Shown here one piece after another: positions 11,216 through 23,133 of a DNA stretch of 27,246 bases. The translations under genes were made by a program, and so were the position numbers. The stretch's first letter is position 1; every line of letters starts with the position of its first letter. The notes beneath the pieces are model-generated. The model was not told where the DNA came from. It did no database searches and saw only the letters and a program-made list of their open reading frames with translations. The DNA is from Ginkgo biloba (lineage: Eukaryota; Plantae; Ginkgophyta), in NCBI GenBank assembly GCA_024626585.2, contig JANKJI020000002.1:61739056-61766301 (forward strand). The letters run 5' to 3'.

Positions 11216-12300
11216 TTTTTTTTTCGATAAGAAAAAAGGGCTTTCACCCACGCAAATTTTATATTAAATAAAATTTGAAAGAGGTTACATAAGGCTGCAA
11301 AAGTAGATCCACTAAAAGATTACAGCCAGAAAGACAAAAAGTTAATGCAAGATTGAAAACCAAAGAGGATTGATACCACACAAGGCATCGAAAAACTTCC
11401 AAAATAAAGGATACCACGTAGGGCACTTGAAGACTTCAAAACCTAAAGAACCTAGAAACCTTATAAAGTCAAGCCAAAGACCCATGAATAGGCCAAACAT
11501 GCAGCCTCTAATATAAGCAAGGCAAAGATCCCTTGAATGGGTAACTAGAAGTCTCAAAGCTGAGCACACCTCAAAACCAAACAGGACCCACAAAATAGGC
11601 CTCCAGAGGATGTGAGAAAACTTGTTGTTACCTCCATTCTACTAGGTAACCAACCTTGAAGATGAAAGTTGTTGAAGAAATTCAAATAAAAGTGTGAAGA
11701 AGAAGATATGGATTCAAAAAAGAGGTCCCACACCAGCTAAAAGTCTGACTAACCAAAAGCACACCCAGAGTCAGGAGACGGCCTTTAGATTAGAGTGTAG
11801 TTGTTGCTGCAATACTACCAGGTAATTGAGGAGGAAGAGATGGACTCCAAACTACCCAGACCATACCTTAAGCATTAGGATTCCAAACGCCTCTAACCAT
11901 AGGGTGCACCAGCCCTTAAATGAGCTAATATAGGACCATAACCGATCCAAAGCGAACCCTTTAATGGGTAAGAGAAACCAACCACTAAAAATTATAGAAA
12001 TCCCCAAAGAAGGAGCCGCCCCTGAGAATCCACACCATCCAAAACCCTGAACAGAGCATAAGGCACCTTAACATGGAGAGCAACAAAATAGGCCATGAAG
12101 CCAAAGAGCAAAAAGGATAAACCCTCACAGACAAAGGAAGCGAACAAAACCCCAAATAACACTAGAATGAACACATACCTCCATCCGTTGGGTAACATGA
12201 TCTCCATCGGTAGAGGGAATCCTCCTGAAATGCTTTCTCTGTCTCCCTCCATAAGGGAAACCCTAGTGGAGCATCGTTACCACTCAACCCTAATCCCCTC
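11216..12300 (-). mobile_element. Non-LTR retroposed insertion (5'-truncated LINE 3' region or LINE-mobilised sequence), ~1.1 kb
   Basis: There is a sharp shift to higher GC with retained CG and CAG/CTG sites. The minus strand is T-rich and ends ...ttaatataaaatttgcgtgggtgaaagcccttttttcttatcg followed by A9 (T9 at 11216-11224). It abuts the gypsy RNase H at ~12305. No clear TSD or LINE ORF motif was recognised. Confidence 0.7.
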
Positions 12301-12304
12301 ATGA

Positions 12305-14020
12305 TATCTATGTGTTCATTAATCAAATATTATTGAATATTTTTTGTCACAAAGATTAGAGCCAAGAATTATTTTTCACAATTATATAATTCAATTCATA
12401 ATCAATCAATGTTTAACTAATAAAGAAGACTACTCATTCTCTTTTTATATTCTCCTTTTGAACTAACATACCCCCAAGGGAGAAGTCCATTGTAAAGGTG
12501 TATAGAATGAAAGGTTTATTGAAGGATGGTGGCATTAAAATAGGAGCAGAAGTCAAATATTCTTTCATCTATTTAAATTCCATATTGGCCTAAGGATACC
12601 AATGGAATGGTACACCCTTATTTAATAATTCAATCAATGTGTTGGTTTTGAATGAAAAATTGATGATAAATCTATGCAAATATCCTAGTTTTCCTATGAA
12701 TGATTTGATTTCCTTTTGAGTTTTAGATGGAGGTATCTCAATAATATCCCTAACCTTAAGGTTAGGTTTAATGGATCGTAGTGACACTAGATATCTGAGA
12801 AGTGTTTTAGAAGAAACCTGGAATACATACTTCTTAGGGTTTAGACTTAGCTGATATTTCTAACATTGCTAAAAAAATGGTTCAAATATTGTTAAGATAA
12901 TCTTGTCTTTTATGAGATAATCCCATGAGATTGTTGACATATGCTTAGATATTCTTATTAATTAGATTATAATGTACATAGTTCATATCCCATTGATATG
13001 TAGTACAAGCAATTTTTAGNNNNNNNNNNNNNNNNNNNNNNNNNNNNNNNNNNNNNNNNNNNNNNNNNNNNNNNNNNNNNNNNNNNNNNNNNATGATCCT
13101 TAGGGGAAATGAATATATGGTTTTAACCAAAAAATCCATCCATTAAAGACATAACTTTTATTTTTGTACTTTTATCAATGAAGGGTAATGAGAAGTTATC
13201 TTTATGACATGCATCATTTATATTATGAAAGTATATGCTAATACATACTACACCATTTTTCTTTTTGGCTGGTACTATGTTGGCAACCTATTGAGGATAA
13301 TCAATGGGTGTGATAAAACCAAATCTAATCAATTTATCCACTTATTTTTCTATNNNNNNNNNNNNNNNNNNNNNNNNNNNNNNNNNNNNNNNNNNNNNNN
13401 NNNNNNNNNNNNNNNNNNNNNNNNNNNNNNNNNNNNNNNNNNNNNNNNNNNNNAATGGATTTATCATTTGGTGAATCATGATTAGGAGAATCAAAATCTA
13501 ATGAACCTTTATGACATAAATAGTATATTTGACCTAATTTATGATGGAACTCATCCTAGGAGATTTGATTACCATACATAAAATCTAATATGATTTCATC
13601 ATTCTCAAATATATCTAGTATAGTTTGTTGATCCATGTTAATAAATGGGACTGTGGAAAAAATGGATTCTTTAATAAGATAACTTTGTAGAAAGAAACCT
13701 ACCATAAATTCTAGACCTAGAGGAAANNNNNNNNNNNNNNNNNNNNNNNNNNNNNTATCCACTAAATTTAATGAATATTATGCTAATATAGATTTAGTAG
13801 AGGTAGTTGTTGCTAGATTAATATCTATGTAAGGGACCAACATGATTTATGATAGAGATTAAGGTTTTTGTACATTCTTCTCGTCATACTTGGATTAATA
13901 TAACTAAATGATAGTTCCATTAAATGGGAATAAAATCAATCCATATGATGTATATGTGGAAAAACCCATTTAGATGATCCAATATCTACCTAAAATCATG
14001 TTGAATTATAAGTCATTATG
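12305..14020 (-). pseudogene. Ty3/gypsy (Tat/Ogre-type) pol remnant of unit A: protease C-terminus, linker, reverse transcriptase and RNase H start
   Basis: Protease end DL*FNMILGRYWII*MG...FPFNGTII; linker LDIFENDEIILDFMYGNQIS*DEFHHK; RT KLIRFGFITPIDYPQ*VANIVPAKKKNG...NDACHKDNFSLPFID...SLMDGFFG*NHI, then TYQWDMN...AYVNN (YVDD decayed, 12930-12941), LSLNPKKYVF and PPSKTQKEIKSFIGKLGYLHRFI; then YLTSAPILMPPSFNKPFILY...LGGMLVQ...ELNY. Confidence 0.95.
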
Positions 14021-14021
14021 G

Positions 14022-14039
14022 TCCCTAGTGGAGTCACCA
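14022..14039 (-). promoter_or_regulatory. Primer binding site complementary to tRNA-Arg(ACG) 3' end
   Basis: The minus strand reads tggtgactccactaggga, a 16/18 match to TGGCGACTCCACTGGGGA (complement of the plant tRNA-Arg(ACG) 3' end, typical of Ogre-like elements). Both mismatches are C>T or G>A. It lies 4 nt after the LTR end ...gcataaaca. Confidence 0.88.
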
Positions 14040-14043
14040 ATTA

Positions 14044-15249
14044 TGTTTATGCCAAAAACTACCCTTGTAAGAAATATATATGTGATAAAGTAATCAATGG
14101 AATAAACACATAAAATAAGGATGAGTTTGATGGGATATTAATTTATTATCAAATAATATACTCTCTTACATATACTTTCTCCCTCATATGGACTTATGTG
14201 AACTCTTGGATAGATAGGAAAATATACAAAATGTATGCAATAAGAGATACAAGCAAAGTATATATGCCAGAAGGAAACAAATGTTCTATCATAAATAAAA
14301 TATGCATTAAGAAGGAAGAGCATATATTAATGAAACACAATGGTAATTATACACAATTGATAAAAAAATGAATATTGATTCAGAATGGAGATAAGGTGAT
14401 CACATTAAATGATCTTACTAAGAAAGGATCAATATAGTGGATGGATATAAGCATGTATTCCTTCACCTATTCATAATAATTACTCATTCACAAGATTAGT
14501 GCTTCGGTAATATATAATGTTATTTGAACAAAATTTTCCCATATGCTAAATAACAAGGATGAACCAATCCTTCTCAATAGTATTTGATATAGTCAAATGA
14601 TAAAATATAATCCATGAAATAAAATAAGATATTATGAAAGGTTCCCCATGCCTCTTAGGAATGATCCCAAAGGGAATTTATATAATAAATGAGGCCTCAT
14701 GACCTTAATGATAGGAGGTAAGCTAGTTATGTAGGCGTACGCAAGTTCATGAATCTATGTGTACAAAGATTGCAAAGGCAAGGCTAAGTGTGTAATATGA
14801 ATGTGTAACTTATGCATGATAACATATGGTCTGTTGTCAAAGTGTGCAGAAAGGGTATATGACAAGATAACACAATGTAATGGGGGCCACACAACGGAAT
14901 AACCCTAGATATGAATGGTAAATGACTATAAGCTAAGTTGTAGATGATATAAACGAATGTAAGCACACATGCGCTGCAAGAAATGGTTGATAAGGTATAA
15001 AACTCAATGAGTGTAAAGCAACAAATGGCATATTTGCACTCTTAAGTTCGAATTTGGCCTTGAAAAGGGGACCCAGAAAAGGCTTGAGAAGCACCCTATA
15101 TTCAACACTAAGAAATGCCATGAAACTAAAGTTCAATGGTGAGGCCCAGTTGTGTATTATAGAAATAAGGACTAAACTCTATGAAGAGGTTATGAAGAGA
15201 GAGAAAAGTGTGAAGGGCAAAGCCAAGAGGGCACTTTAGCGCAAGGCAC
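14044..15249 (-). mobile_element. LTR of unit A (3' end at 14044; 5' end lost in or beyond the gap)
   Basis: Ends in ...tttggcataaaCA immediately before the PBS and has an internal TATA-like box. It is homologous in inverse orientation to ~16020-17040, sharing aagaggcatgg, tcttattgcat, tccatat.agggagaaa, tacacatag..tcatga and gcataaaca-taat. Confidence 0.85.
14677..14684 (-). promoter_or_regulatory. Putative LTR TATA box (TATATAAA)
   Basis: The minus strand reads cctcatttatTATATAAAttccc inside LTR A, about 630 nt upstream of the LTR end. The equivalent position in LTR B falls at or near the gap at 16360-16391. Confidence 0.45.
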
Positions 15250-15373
15250 NNNNNNNNNNNNNNNNNNNNNNNNNNNNNNNNNNNNNNNNNNNNNNNNNNN
15301 NNNNNNNNNNNNNNNNNNNNNNNNNNNNNNNNNNNNNNNNNNNNNNNNNTTAATTAATTCTATATGATCTTTA

Positions 15374-15463
15374 TTGAATATGTTAATGTTGATGCTAAAA
15401 ATTCGTCAATGCCATGTTCAATATGCTAATTAGCATATTAGGCTTGAATATGTTAATGTTGAT
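15374..15463. repeat. 20-bp perfect direct repeats flanking a 20-bp perfect palindrome
   Basis: ttgaatatgttaatgttgat occurs at 15374-15393 and 15444-15463. The self-complementary aatatgctaattagcatatt lies at 15420-15439. Confidence 0.9.
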
Positions 15464-15728
15464 AAAGTCACCAATTTAAATTATTATCAATTAAGAATGT
15501 AAATATACTTAATTGATCTAGCTTCTAATTTATTTTTTGAAATAATCATGATGTCATTTTCAAAAAATAAGGAGACATTATTATGTTTTTCATGCTTAAG
15601 AAAAACCTAAACAAACTTAAAATATCATCATTTTTATGAATGAGGCAATCCATAGTTGATTGTAATAAAATTAGTAGGATAAGTGGAGTTATAGAATATA
15701 TATTATTCATCAATTCAANNNNNNNNNN

Positions 15729-17040
15729 GACATGCCCCTAGTCCTAATAGTATGCCTATTGACTGATATAGAGTCATTGAGGATAAAAACTAGCTAAGAC
15801 TTAGTTAATGTTATTCCAGAGGTATAACTAAAATAATATAATCATCCAATTATTAATTGTATTATCCCAAAATTAAAAGATATAATGATTAATAGATAGA
15901 TTCCAATATGTTTATTTATGATGTGTCACATAAAATTTGGCAAAATTCATAAGAAATACATTTCAATATAGCTTCTTGTTATCACTCTTTTTTATACCCA
16001 TGCATTTTCACTTTCCATTTATGTGATATTTCATTTGTTTCTTATATTTATGGACATTTACATCCACTTAGAACTTCTTGTAGCTCACATGTTCTCTTAT
16101 TCACCTTATCTCAATTTAATACTTACATTTATAAATTGTCCTTATACATAACCCTTTTATTACTATGGTTATCCTATTATTTTTCCACTTAAATCATGTT
16201 ATGTTTCCACATGGGATTTATGTATATCATTAATTATATATAACAATATTTTATTGTACCTATTTAATGCATTCATGTTATACATTTAGCATTTCCTTTA
16301 TAATATCTATACACATAGTATCATGACCTAAGGTAAGTCTACATCATAATAATCCTCTANNNNNNNNNNNNNNNNNNNNNNNNNNNNNNNNTACCTCTTT
16401 GGTCTCAAGATAAAGAGGCATGGTAATCTCTAATTAAATTCCCTCAACTTATTTATAGATCATACCATATCATTAGACTCTCTAAGATATTTTTTATAAG
16501 GCTTGGCTTATTCATTTCATTAATTTTATGGTGAAATGCTATTAGTATATAATTTAACATTATTGAGGCACCCATAATGTTTATCTCATGCATGACCATT
16601 TACTATGAAGAAGATAAGAGAGAAAAGAAGGGTTTGCATCCATATAGGGCGTTAAATTTTATTTAATGAGTTTATTTCATACTATTAACTTCTCCCTTTT
16701 AATAAAGAAATTATTGTCTTTACATAATTATTTCTCATTATAAATTTATTTCTTAATTGTGTATGCAACATATTTTCCATGCGAGATTTCTTTATTGTAA
16801 TCCATTTATTTCCTTAGAGAAAAAATTTTATGTTGTTTTCTTATTGCATTCACTTTATAGGTTTATTCATCCATCTATAATTTCACTTCAATCCATATAA
16901 GGGAGAAATAATCTTAAAAGGAGCATATTATTGCATAAGGATATCATTCCCTATCACACTTATTCATGTTTTATATGTTTATTCTATTAATCACTTCATC
17001 CTATCTACACATTCACTAGGTGTAGGTTTTTGCATAAACA
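15729..17040 (+). mobile_element. 5' LTR of element B (~1.3 kb)
   Basis: Ends ...tttttgcataaaCA and is homologous to the reverse complement of 14044-~15040. Its start gacatgcccc right after a gap resembles a TG..cccc LTR start, but that boundary is tentative. Confidence 0.8.
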
Positions 17041-17044
17041 TAAT

Positions 17045-17062
17045 AGGTGACTATACTATATG
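17045..17062 (+). promoter_or_regulatory. Decayed primer binding site of element B
   Basis: aaaca-taat-aggtgactatacta aligns with aaaca-taat-tggtgactccacta of unit A, with the same 4-nt spacer. The 3' part has degenerated. Confidence 0.7.
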
Positions 17063-19299
17063 TATTTCATATTTATTAATTATTCCATCATACAATTGGT
17101 TTATATTTAAATTTTGCAATAATCTTGGTATTTCCTCACTAATATTTAGGATTCTTAGTCCTCATTTATGTTAATTTTGTATGTTTGATCATTCACTATT
17201 CATGGATTTTTCATTCATTTTTATATACAAATACCATCACATCTTTCCTAGATGCACCATACCTTTTTCTATTATGTTGTATGTTTTCTTGATCCTTATA
17301 CTATGTTATTTTCTAGTATCATTCCTTTTCCTCATAATCACACTACATATTTTTATATTCATAGTTTTCATCATTTTTTCTTGATTTGTATGCCTAGTTT
17401 TTTGCAAATTATATGATGTTTATACCTATTCCTACATGTCTTCNNNNNNNNNNNNNNNNNNNNNNNNNNNNNNNNNNNNNNNNNNNNNNNNNNNNNNNNN
17501 NNNNNNNNNNNNNNNNNNNNNNNNNNNNNNNNNNNNNNNNNNNNNNNNNNNNNNNNNNNNNNNNNNNNNNNNNNNNNNNNNNNNNNNNNNNNNNNNNNNN
17601 NNNNNNNNNNNNNNNNNNNNNNNNNNNNNNNNNNNNNNNNNNNNNNNNNNNNNNNNNNNNNNNNNNNNNNNNNNNNNNNNNNNNNNNNNNNNNNNNNNNN
17701 NNNNNNNNNNNNNNNNNNNNNNNNNNNNNNNNNNNNNNNNNNNNNNNNNNNNNNNNNNNNNNNNNNNNNNNNNNNNNNNNNNNNNNNNNNNNNNNNNNNN
17801 NNNNNNNNNNNNNNNNNNNNNNNNNNNNNNNNNNNNNNNNNNNNNNNNNNNNNNNNNNNNNNNNNNNNNNNNNNNNNNNNNNNNNNNNNATAAAATTGTA
17901 GGCTAAGTAGGATTAGGTGAGATCCTTGTAGAGCCTTTACCCTTAGGAGGAGAAAAATATAATTTGCATTGACCTATGGTTGGGAGAGTTGACAAGGGAA
18001 AATATTAGGCCCTTTAAGAGGTAATTATTATACTAATATCCATGATGGATATATGGGTAGTATGATAATTCCCTTATAATGAGTATATGTGCATTTCACT
18101 AACATATTGCATAGGCATATGGGCATAAGCTAATAGGCCTCTACTCAAACTAGTTTGTGTAAATTGGTGTTATGTATTCTTAGAAGTGTTTCCTCCTTAA
18201 GTGTTTGGTTCCCTATTTAATTCCTTTATATTTGAGGCCTTCCTACCTTGATAATTTGAGAGAATTCATGCCTACTCATTTATTATGGTTCTTAGAAGCG
18301 TTATAAGAAAACCAAGTCACGTGTTATTTTTATGAGAAAGTCTACACACATTGCATTCCAAGACAAATTTAAAAGAACATTAATTTACTTTAATAATAAG
18401 AATACATTATAATAAATCCCTTTGTGCATATTTTAATATTCATCATTGATTTTTTTTTTCTTTATTGTTCATATTACTTCTTTTTACCTACATTATTCAA
18501 TTAATATTATGCCTATAAGACTATCTTTCTTAGCCAATTGTGAAAAATATCTTACTAAATCAAATTATATCATTGACCCATTAGCCAATGAGCCCATCAT
18601 AGACCTTTTAGTTATTCCATTATATTATCAAGGCACATTATAGGTGTATCACCTTCAAATACTATGGATCTATTTCTATAAATGCCATTATTATCACCCT
18701 TTTTTGCACCAATGCACTTATGATACTCATTTACCTATTCTATATTTGTGAGACCTGCCTTATGCTTCTTTCCATTATCCCCATGCATTTGTGACTATAT
18801 ATATTCATACCCATATGGTTCTTACCCGGTAAACTACATGAGTTACTATTACCCTAGAAATATCCCTTTTATATAACTATCAACAACGAAATTCTTTAGT
18901 ATTATGATAATATAGTACCTTCGACCTTACTCCTCCTCATGGAGGGAGGATTTTTTAATAAAAAATTAAAGAGTTATGGCATACCCCACATCACATAATG
19001 AGCCTTGGCATGATATCACTTAGGTATTCATACCATATATATATCCTCCATGATAATGGAAAAGAGAAGAGAGGAAGTAAAATTTTATATTTTATCCATA
19101 GTATCAAACCACGCCTAATTATATCATTCCTAGCTTTTCTCTCTCAATTTGATGTTTATGTTATGGTGACTTCAGATTTATTTATGAATTTTTTCATTAA
19201 GAACATTTATTTTTCATAAATAATTCCTATGTCCTTTGATGTGTTTATGAAATGTATTATATTACTGGGGTGTGATATTTTTCATATACATCCATCTTT

Positions 19300-21700
19300 G
19301 GTTTCTTCTACACATGACTTAAAAGGACCTAAAATTGATAATGTTTATGATGGTTTTTGAACAAATTGTTAAACCATTCTCCACATTATATTGCCTCAAG
19401 GGATTATGTCTCTTTATTTATTATGGGTTCCCCTTCCCATTTGGAGATTCAAAATCATTCATTTAGATTCACCTCTACTATGGAGGCCACCACAATGTCC
19501 CACATATCTATAGCCTCTATATCACCAACATAAGAGGATTTACCCTCTAGATCCATGTAAGATGTATCTTTAAAGATCATAATAGTTGAGGATTTTACTC
19601 AATCAAGTCACAATCCATATTTAGGTGGTTCTTCCTCTTTGCTTCCCATCAAGACAAAGGTAGCTACAAAATCTCAATCTCCATGATCACATATGATTTC
19701 TTCTATATATAGTTTTGTTGACATGTTTTAGGGTCAAGATCTAATATAAAAATTAGTTCTTAGTTCTCCCTCATAATGAATGAATCTTATGGCTCATGGG
19801 TCTAATCCTAGACAACTCAGTACTAATCCATTAGACACATAAACAATTATATACCAATTATCCAATTTAATTGTAGCATCGCCAACCAATCCTATGAAAC
19901 ATCCAAAAGTGATTATTATACCTCCATAGATGGACACTTAGTTGTCTAATATACCTTTATAGTCAATTCAAGAGAAACCTACTCCACTAAAAATGAATCC
20001 TCCTTTTGAGAGAAAATCAAATACTTTATTTGAATCCCCCTATAGTGGGGATGTATCACCCATAATAATTTTCCATATCCATTATTTTATAAGGGAATTA
20101 TCCCTCTTTAATTAATCTTGTGTATAATCATAGGGTGCACTCCTTCATTTATTAACTAACCTTATTTAATTCCTTTTGGATGTCCTTCCTAATTTCTACT
20201 AGCATAACGCATTCCTCCTCCATTAGGCAATCCTCCTCCATGGTAACAAGTAGGCCAATAATTAAATCCTTCTTAACTAAGAGTTCAATAAATTACTCCT
20301 CATCCACATCAAGTATGGTAGCATATTATACATGTTGGGAAGATTCCCTTTTAAAAACCAATGGTACCTCCCAATCCAATATTTTAAAAACTATTCTGTC
20401 AATGCCATATGGTTTTCCACAATAATTTATGCCTCAATTTGTTCCATCATTTTCCAATGTTAGTCAAATTCCATAAAATATCAAGTAGGGTTTCAATCTT
20501 TCTTATAATGAAATGTTATATATAATCAATAGAGACAACCATTGGTCTAATAACCACTATAACAAGGGTTCATTCCAATACCTACCCCATATCAACTAGT
20601 GAGTAGCTAATAATTTTAACAAGTACCTAATAAATAGAATCAATGAAGTCTTAGACAATATCCTTAATAGGTACCTATCCAACCATATCAAAATATTCTA
20701 AATAATTATAATATATTCTATGTTATACTTAAAAAAATCAATATGAGTCATATTTTCTATATTTAGAAGGATTTTATTCATATATAACCATATCTCTTAC
20801 AAATGTTCATATCATTCATGATCTATCTTAGACATATTTAGTTGGGGAAATACCCTCTTTCATGCCTAAATTATTATGAATCAATGAGAAAAACCCTAAT
20901 CCTCATATTACTTATACCCATACTTAATGAATTAATAAATAAATTTCCTAAGAGAATTGAGTCTTTTGTTCTTTATATGGATTATAATAAGATTATTACT
21001 ATAATAAATCAATATACCTATACCTAAATGACTTAATTCATTGACAATTGAATTTTATCTAAGTCCAATTGTTCCCATATAAATTCTAAATAGGTTGNNN
21101 NNNNNNNNNNNNNNNNNNNNNNNNNATCCTTCTCTTACAAATGATTTTTATGTCCTGAGTAGGAGACTTTGGAATGAATAATATGCAATACATATAGCTT
21201 ATATTTTAGACATCTTTATCCAATAATATAGTTATGGAGGTATTCTTGAATATGTCTTGGTAAAACCATAATATCCTCTTGAATGTCATCATCTACTATC
21301 GTAATCTACTCAAATGGTCGGTGATGGTATTATCAGTATTTAGTTCATACCATATTCATATAATTAACTATATAAATAAGATATTTNNNNNNNNNNNNNN
21401 NNNNNNNNNNNNNNNNACCCAAGTTAATTTGGTATCCAACCAAAATAACTCTTCTAATATAAATCCTCCTAACCCTCAAGGGAAAAATCCAAACCAAAAC
21501 CAAAAGAAAAAAAGAAAAAACAAAAATAGGTGGAGCCTTGGTAGATGGAATAAACAAAGTAGAAAGCAATGATAAAATTTGAATTAAAATAAAAATAAAA
21601 AAGATCCTAATCAACTTGTTATGTGGTGTGATTATTATGATATAAATTCATGATAAAAAGGATTGTTTCTCTTTGGCCAAATCTCTTAAATATATACAGG
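19300..21700 (+). pseudogene. gag remnant of element B with broken CCHC zinc knuckle
   Basis: Has a P/S/N-rich N-terminal part, then MPKLL*INEKNPNPHITYTH near 20860-20920 (compare the gag IPKF.G..GEDP..H.T.H pattern) and a basic tract TQVNLVSNQ...QKKKRKNKNR. At 21627-21666, tgt gat tat tat gat ata aat t cat gat aaa aag gat tgt gives C-x2-[C>Y]-x4-H-x4-C with a 2-nt deletion. The start is approximate. Confidence 0.65.
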
Positions 21701-22363
21701 ATCATGGGATTACATCAAATCCTACCCAAGAATCTTTTCCATCACATCCACCAATATAAAAAAAGGAGTATATGCATGAATCCCCTTTAAACAACCAATA
21801 GTTCAACCTCAAACATCCACTACACTAGCTATTCCAAGAAAATTAACCCAACCTACTATATACATCCCAATTGATCAACCTAGGTATTATTCTCCTTATC
21901 TTGGTAATGTATCATCTAGGCATGACCTATCTTATTATATTGAAATTATGCATGTCTGGATAAATAATGATTTCATGGTCATGATAAGATATATGTCTCA
22001 ACAAGCCTAGGATAAATTATCCACTTCACAAGTAAATTATTTTAGTTCTCCCCTATGCATACCGAGTCCTACAAAATATCTATAATTTTCTTGTAATAGG
22101 ACTCAAGACAATAATCCCATATATCACAAGAAATAATTGGCATATTCAACAAATTTTTTTATAGTTTAAGAATTGGCTAGTTCCCCATTATCCATTTCTA
22201 TTCTTAAACTATTATAATCATCTCTTAATCAAAAGTAATAATTGTTGAATCTTTTATGTGTGGTTGAAACTCCATTAATAAAGTTAATTATCTTTGATCC
22301 ATATACTCTCATAAAGAGTGAATTATAACTAAAACATTTAAGATAATATTTTAAATTGTCCAT

Positions 22364-23133
22364 ANNNNNNNNNNNNNNNNNNNNNNNNNNNNNNNNNNNN
22401 NNNNNNNNNNNNNNNNNNNNNNNNNNNNNNNNNNNNNNNNNNNNNNNNNNNNNNNNNNNNNNNNNNNNNNNNNNNNNNNNNNNNNNNNNNNNNNNNNNNN
22501 NNNNNNNNNNNNNNNNNNNNNNNNNNNNNNNNNNNNNNNNNNNNNNNNNNNNNNNNNNNNNNNNNNNNNNNNNNNNNNNNNNNNNNNNNNNNNNNNNNNN
22601 NNNNNNNNNNNNNNNNNNNNNNNNNNNNNNNNNNNNNNNNNNNNNNNNNNNNNNNNNNNNNNNNNNNNNNNNNNNNNNNNNNNNNNNNNNNNNNNNNNNN
22701 NNNNNNNNNNNNNNNNNNNNNNNNNNNNNNNNNNNNNNNNNNNNNNNNNNNNNNNNNNNNNNNNNNNNNNNNNNNNNNNNNNNNNNNNNNNNNNNNNNNN
22801 NNNNNNNNNNNNNNNNNNNNNNNNNNNNNNNNNNNNNNNNNNNNNNNNNNNNNNNNNNNNNNNNNNNNNNNNNNNNNNNNNNNNNNNNNNNNNNNNNNNN
22901 NNNNNNNNNNNNNNNNNNNNNNNNNNNNNNNNNNNNNNNNNNNNNNNNNNNNNNNNNNNNNNNNNNNNNNNNNNNNNNNNNNNNNNNNNNNNNNNNNNNN
23001 NNNNNNNNNNNNNNNNNNNNNNNNNNNNNNNNNNNNNNNNNNNNNNNNNNNNNNNNNNNNNNNNNNNNNNNNNNNNNNNNNNNNNNNNNNNNNNNNNNNN
23101 NNNNNNNNNNNNNNNNNNNNNNNNNNNNNNNNN
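22364..23133. other. Largest assembly gap (one of many N runs)
   Basis: 770 N. Many other gaps are exactly 100 N, likely placeholders of unknown size, so adjacency across them is uncertain. Confidence 0.99.

Noticed and set aside
11342-12252. Hydrophobic, membrane-protein-like ORFs at 11342-11593 and 11992-12252 (-)
   Set aside because: F/L/V richness follows from the T-rich strand of the retroposed insert. There is no domain motif, so they are not called as env or a host gene.
14022-14039. tRNA 3'-end-like sequence on the + strand as a tRNA gene
   Set aside because: Only 18 nt including CCA match, there is no tRNA body, and its position beside an LTR end identifies it as a PBS.
15374-15463. 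Repeat-spacer-repeat pattern as a CRISPR-like array
   Set aside because: There are only two 20-bp repeats, no cas genes, and the context is eukaryotic transposon sequence.
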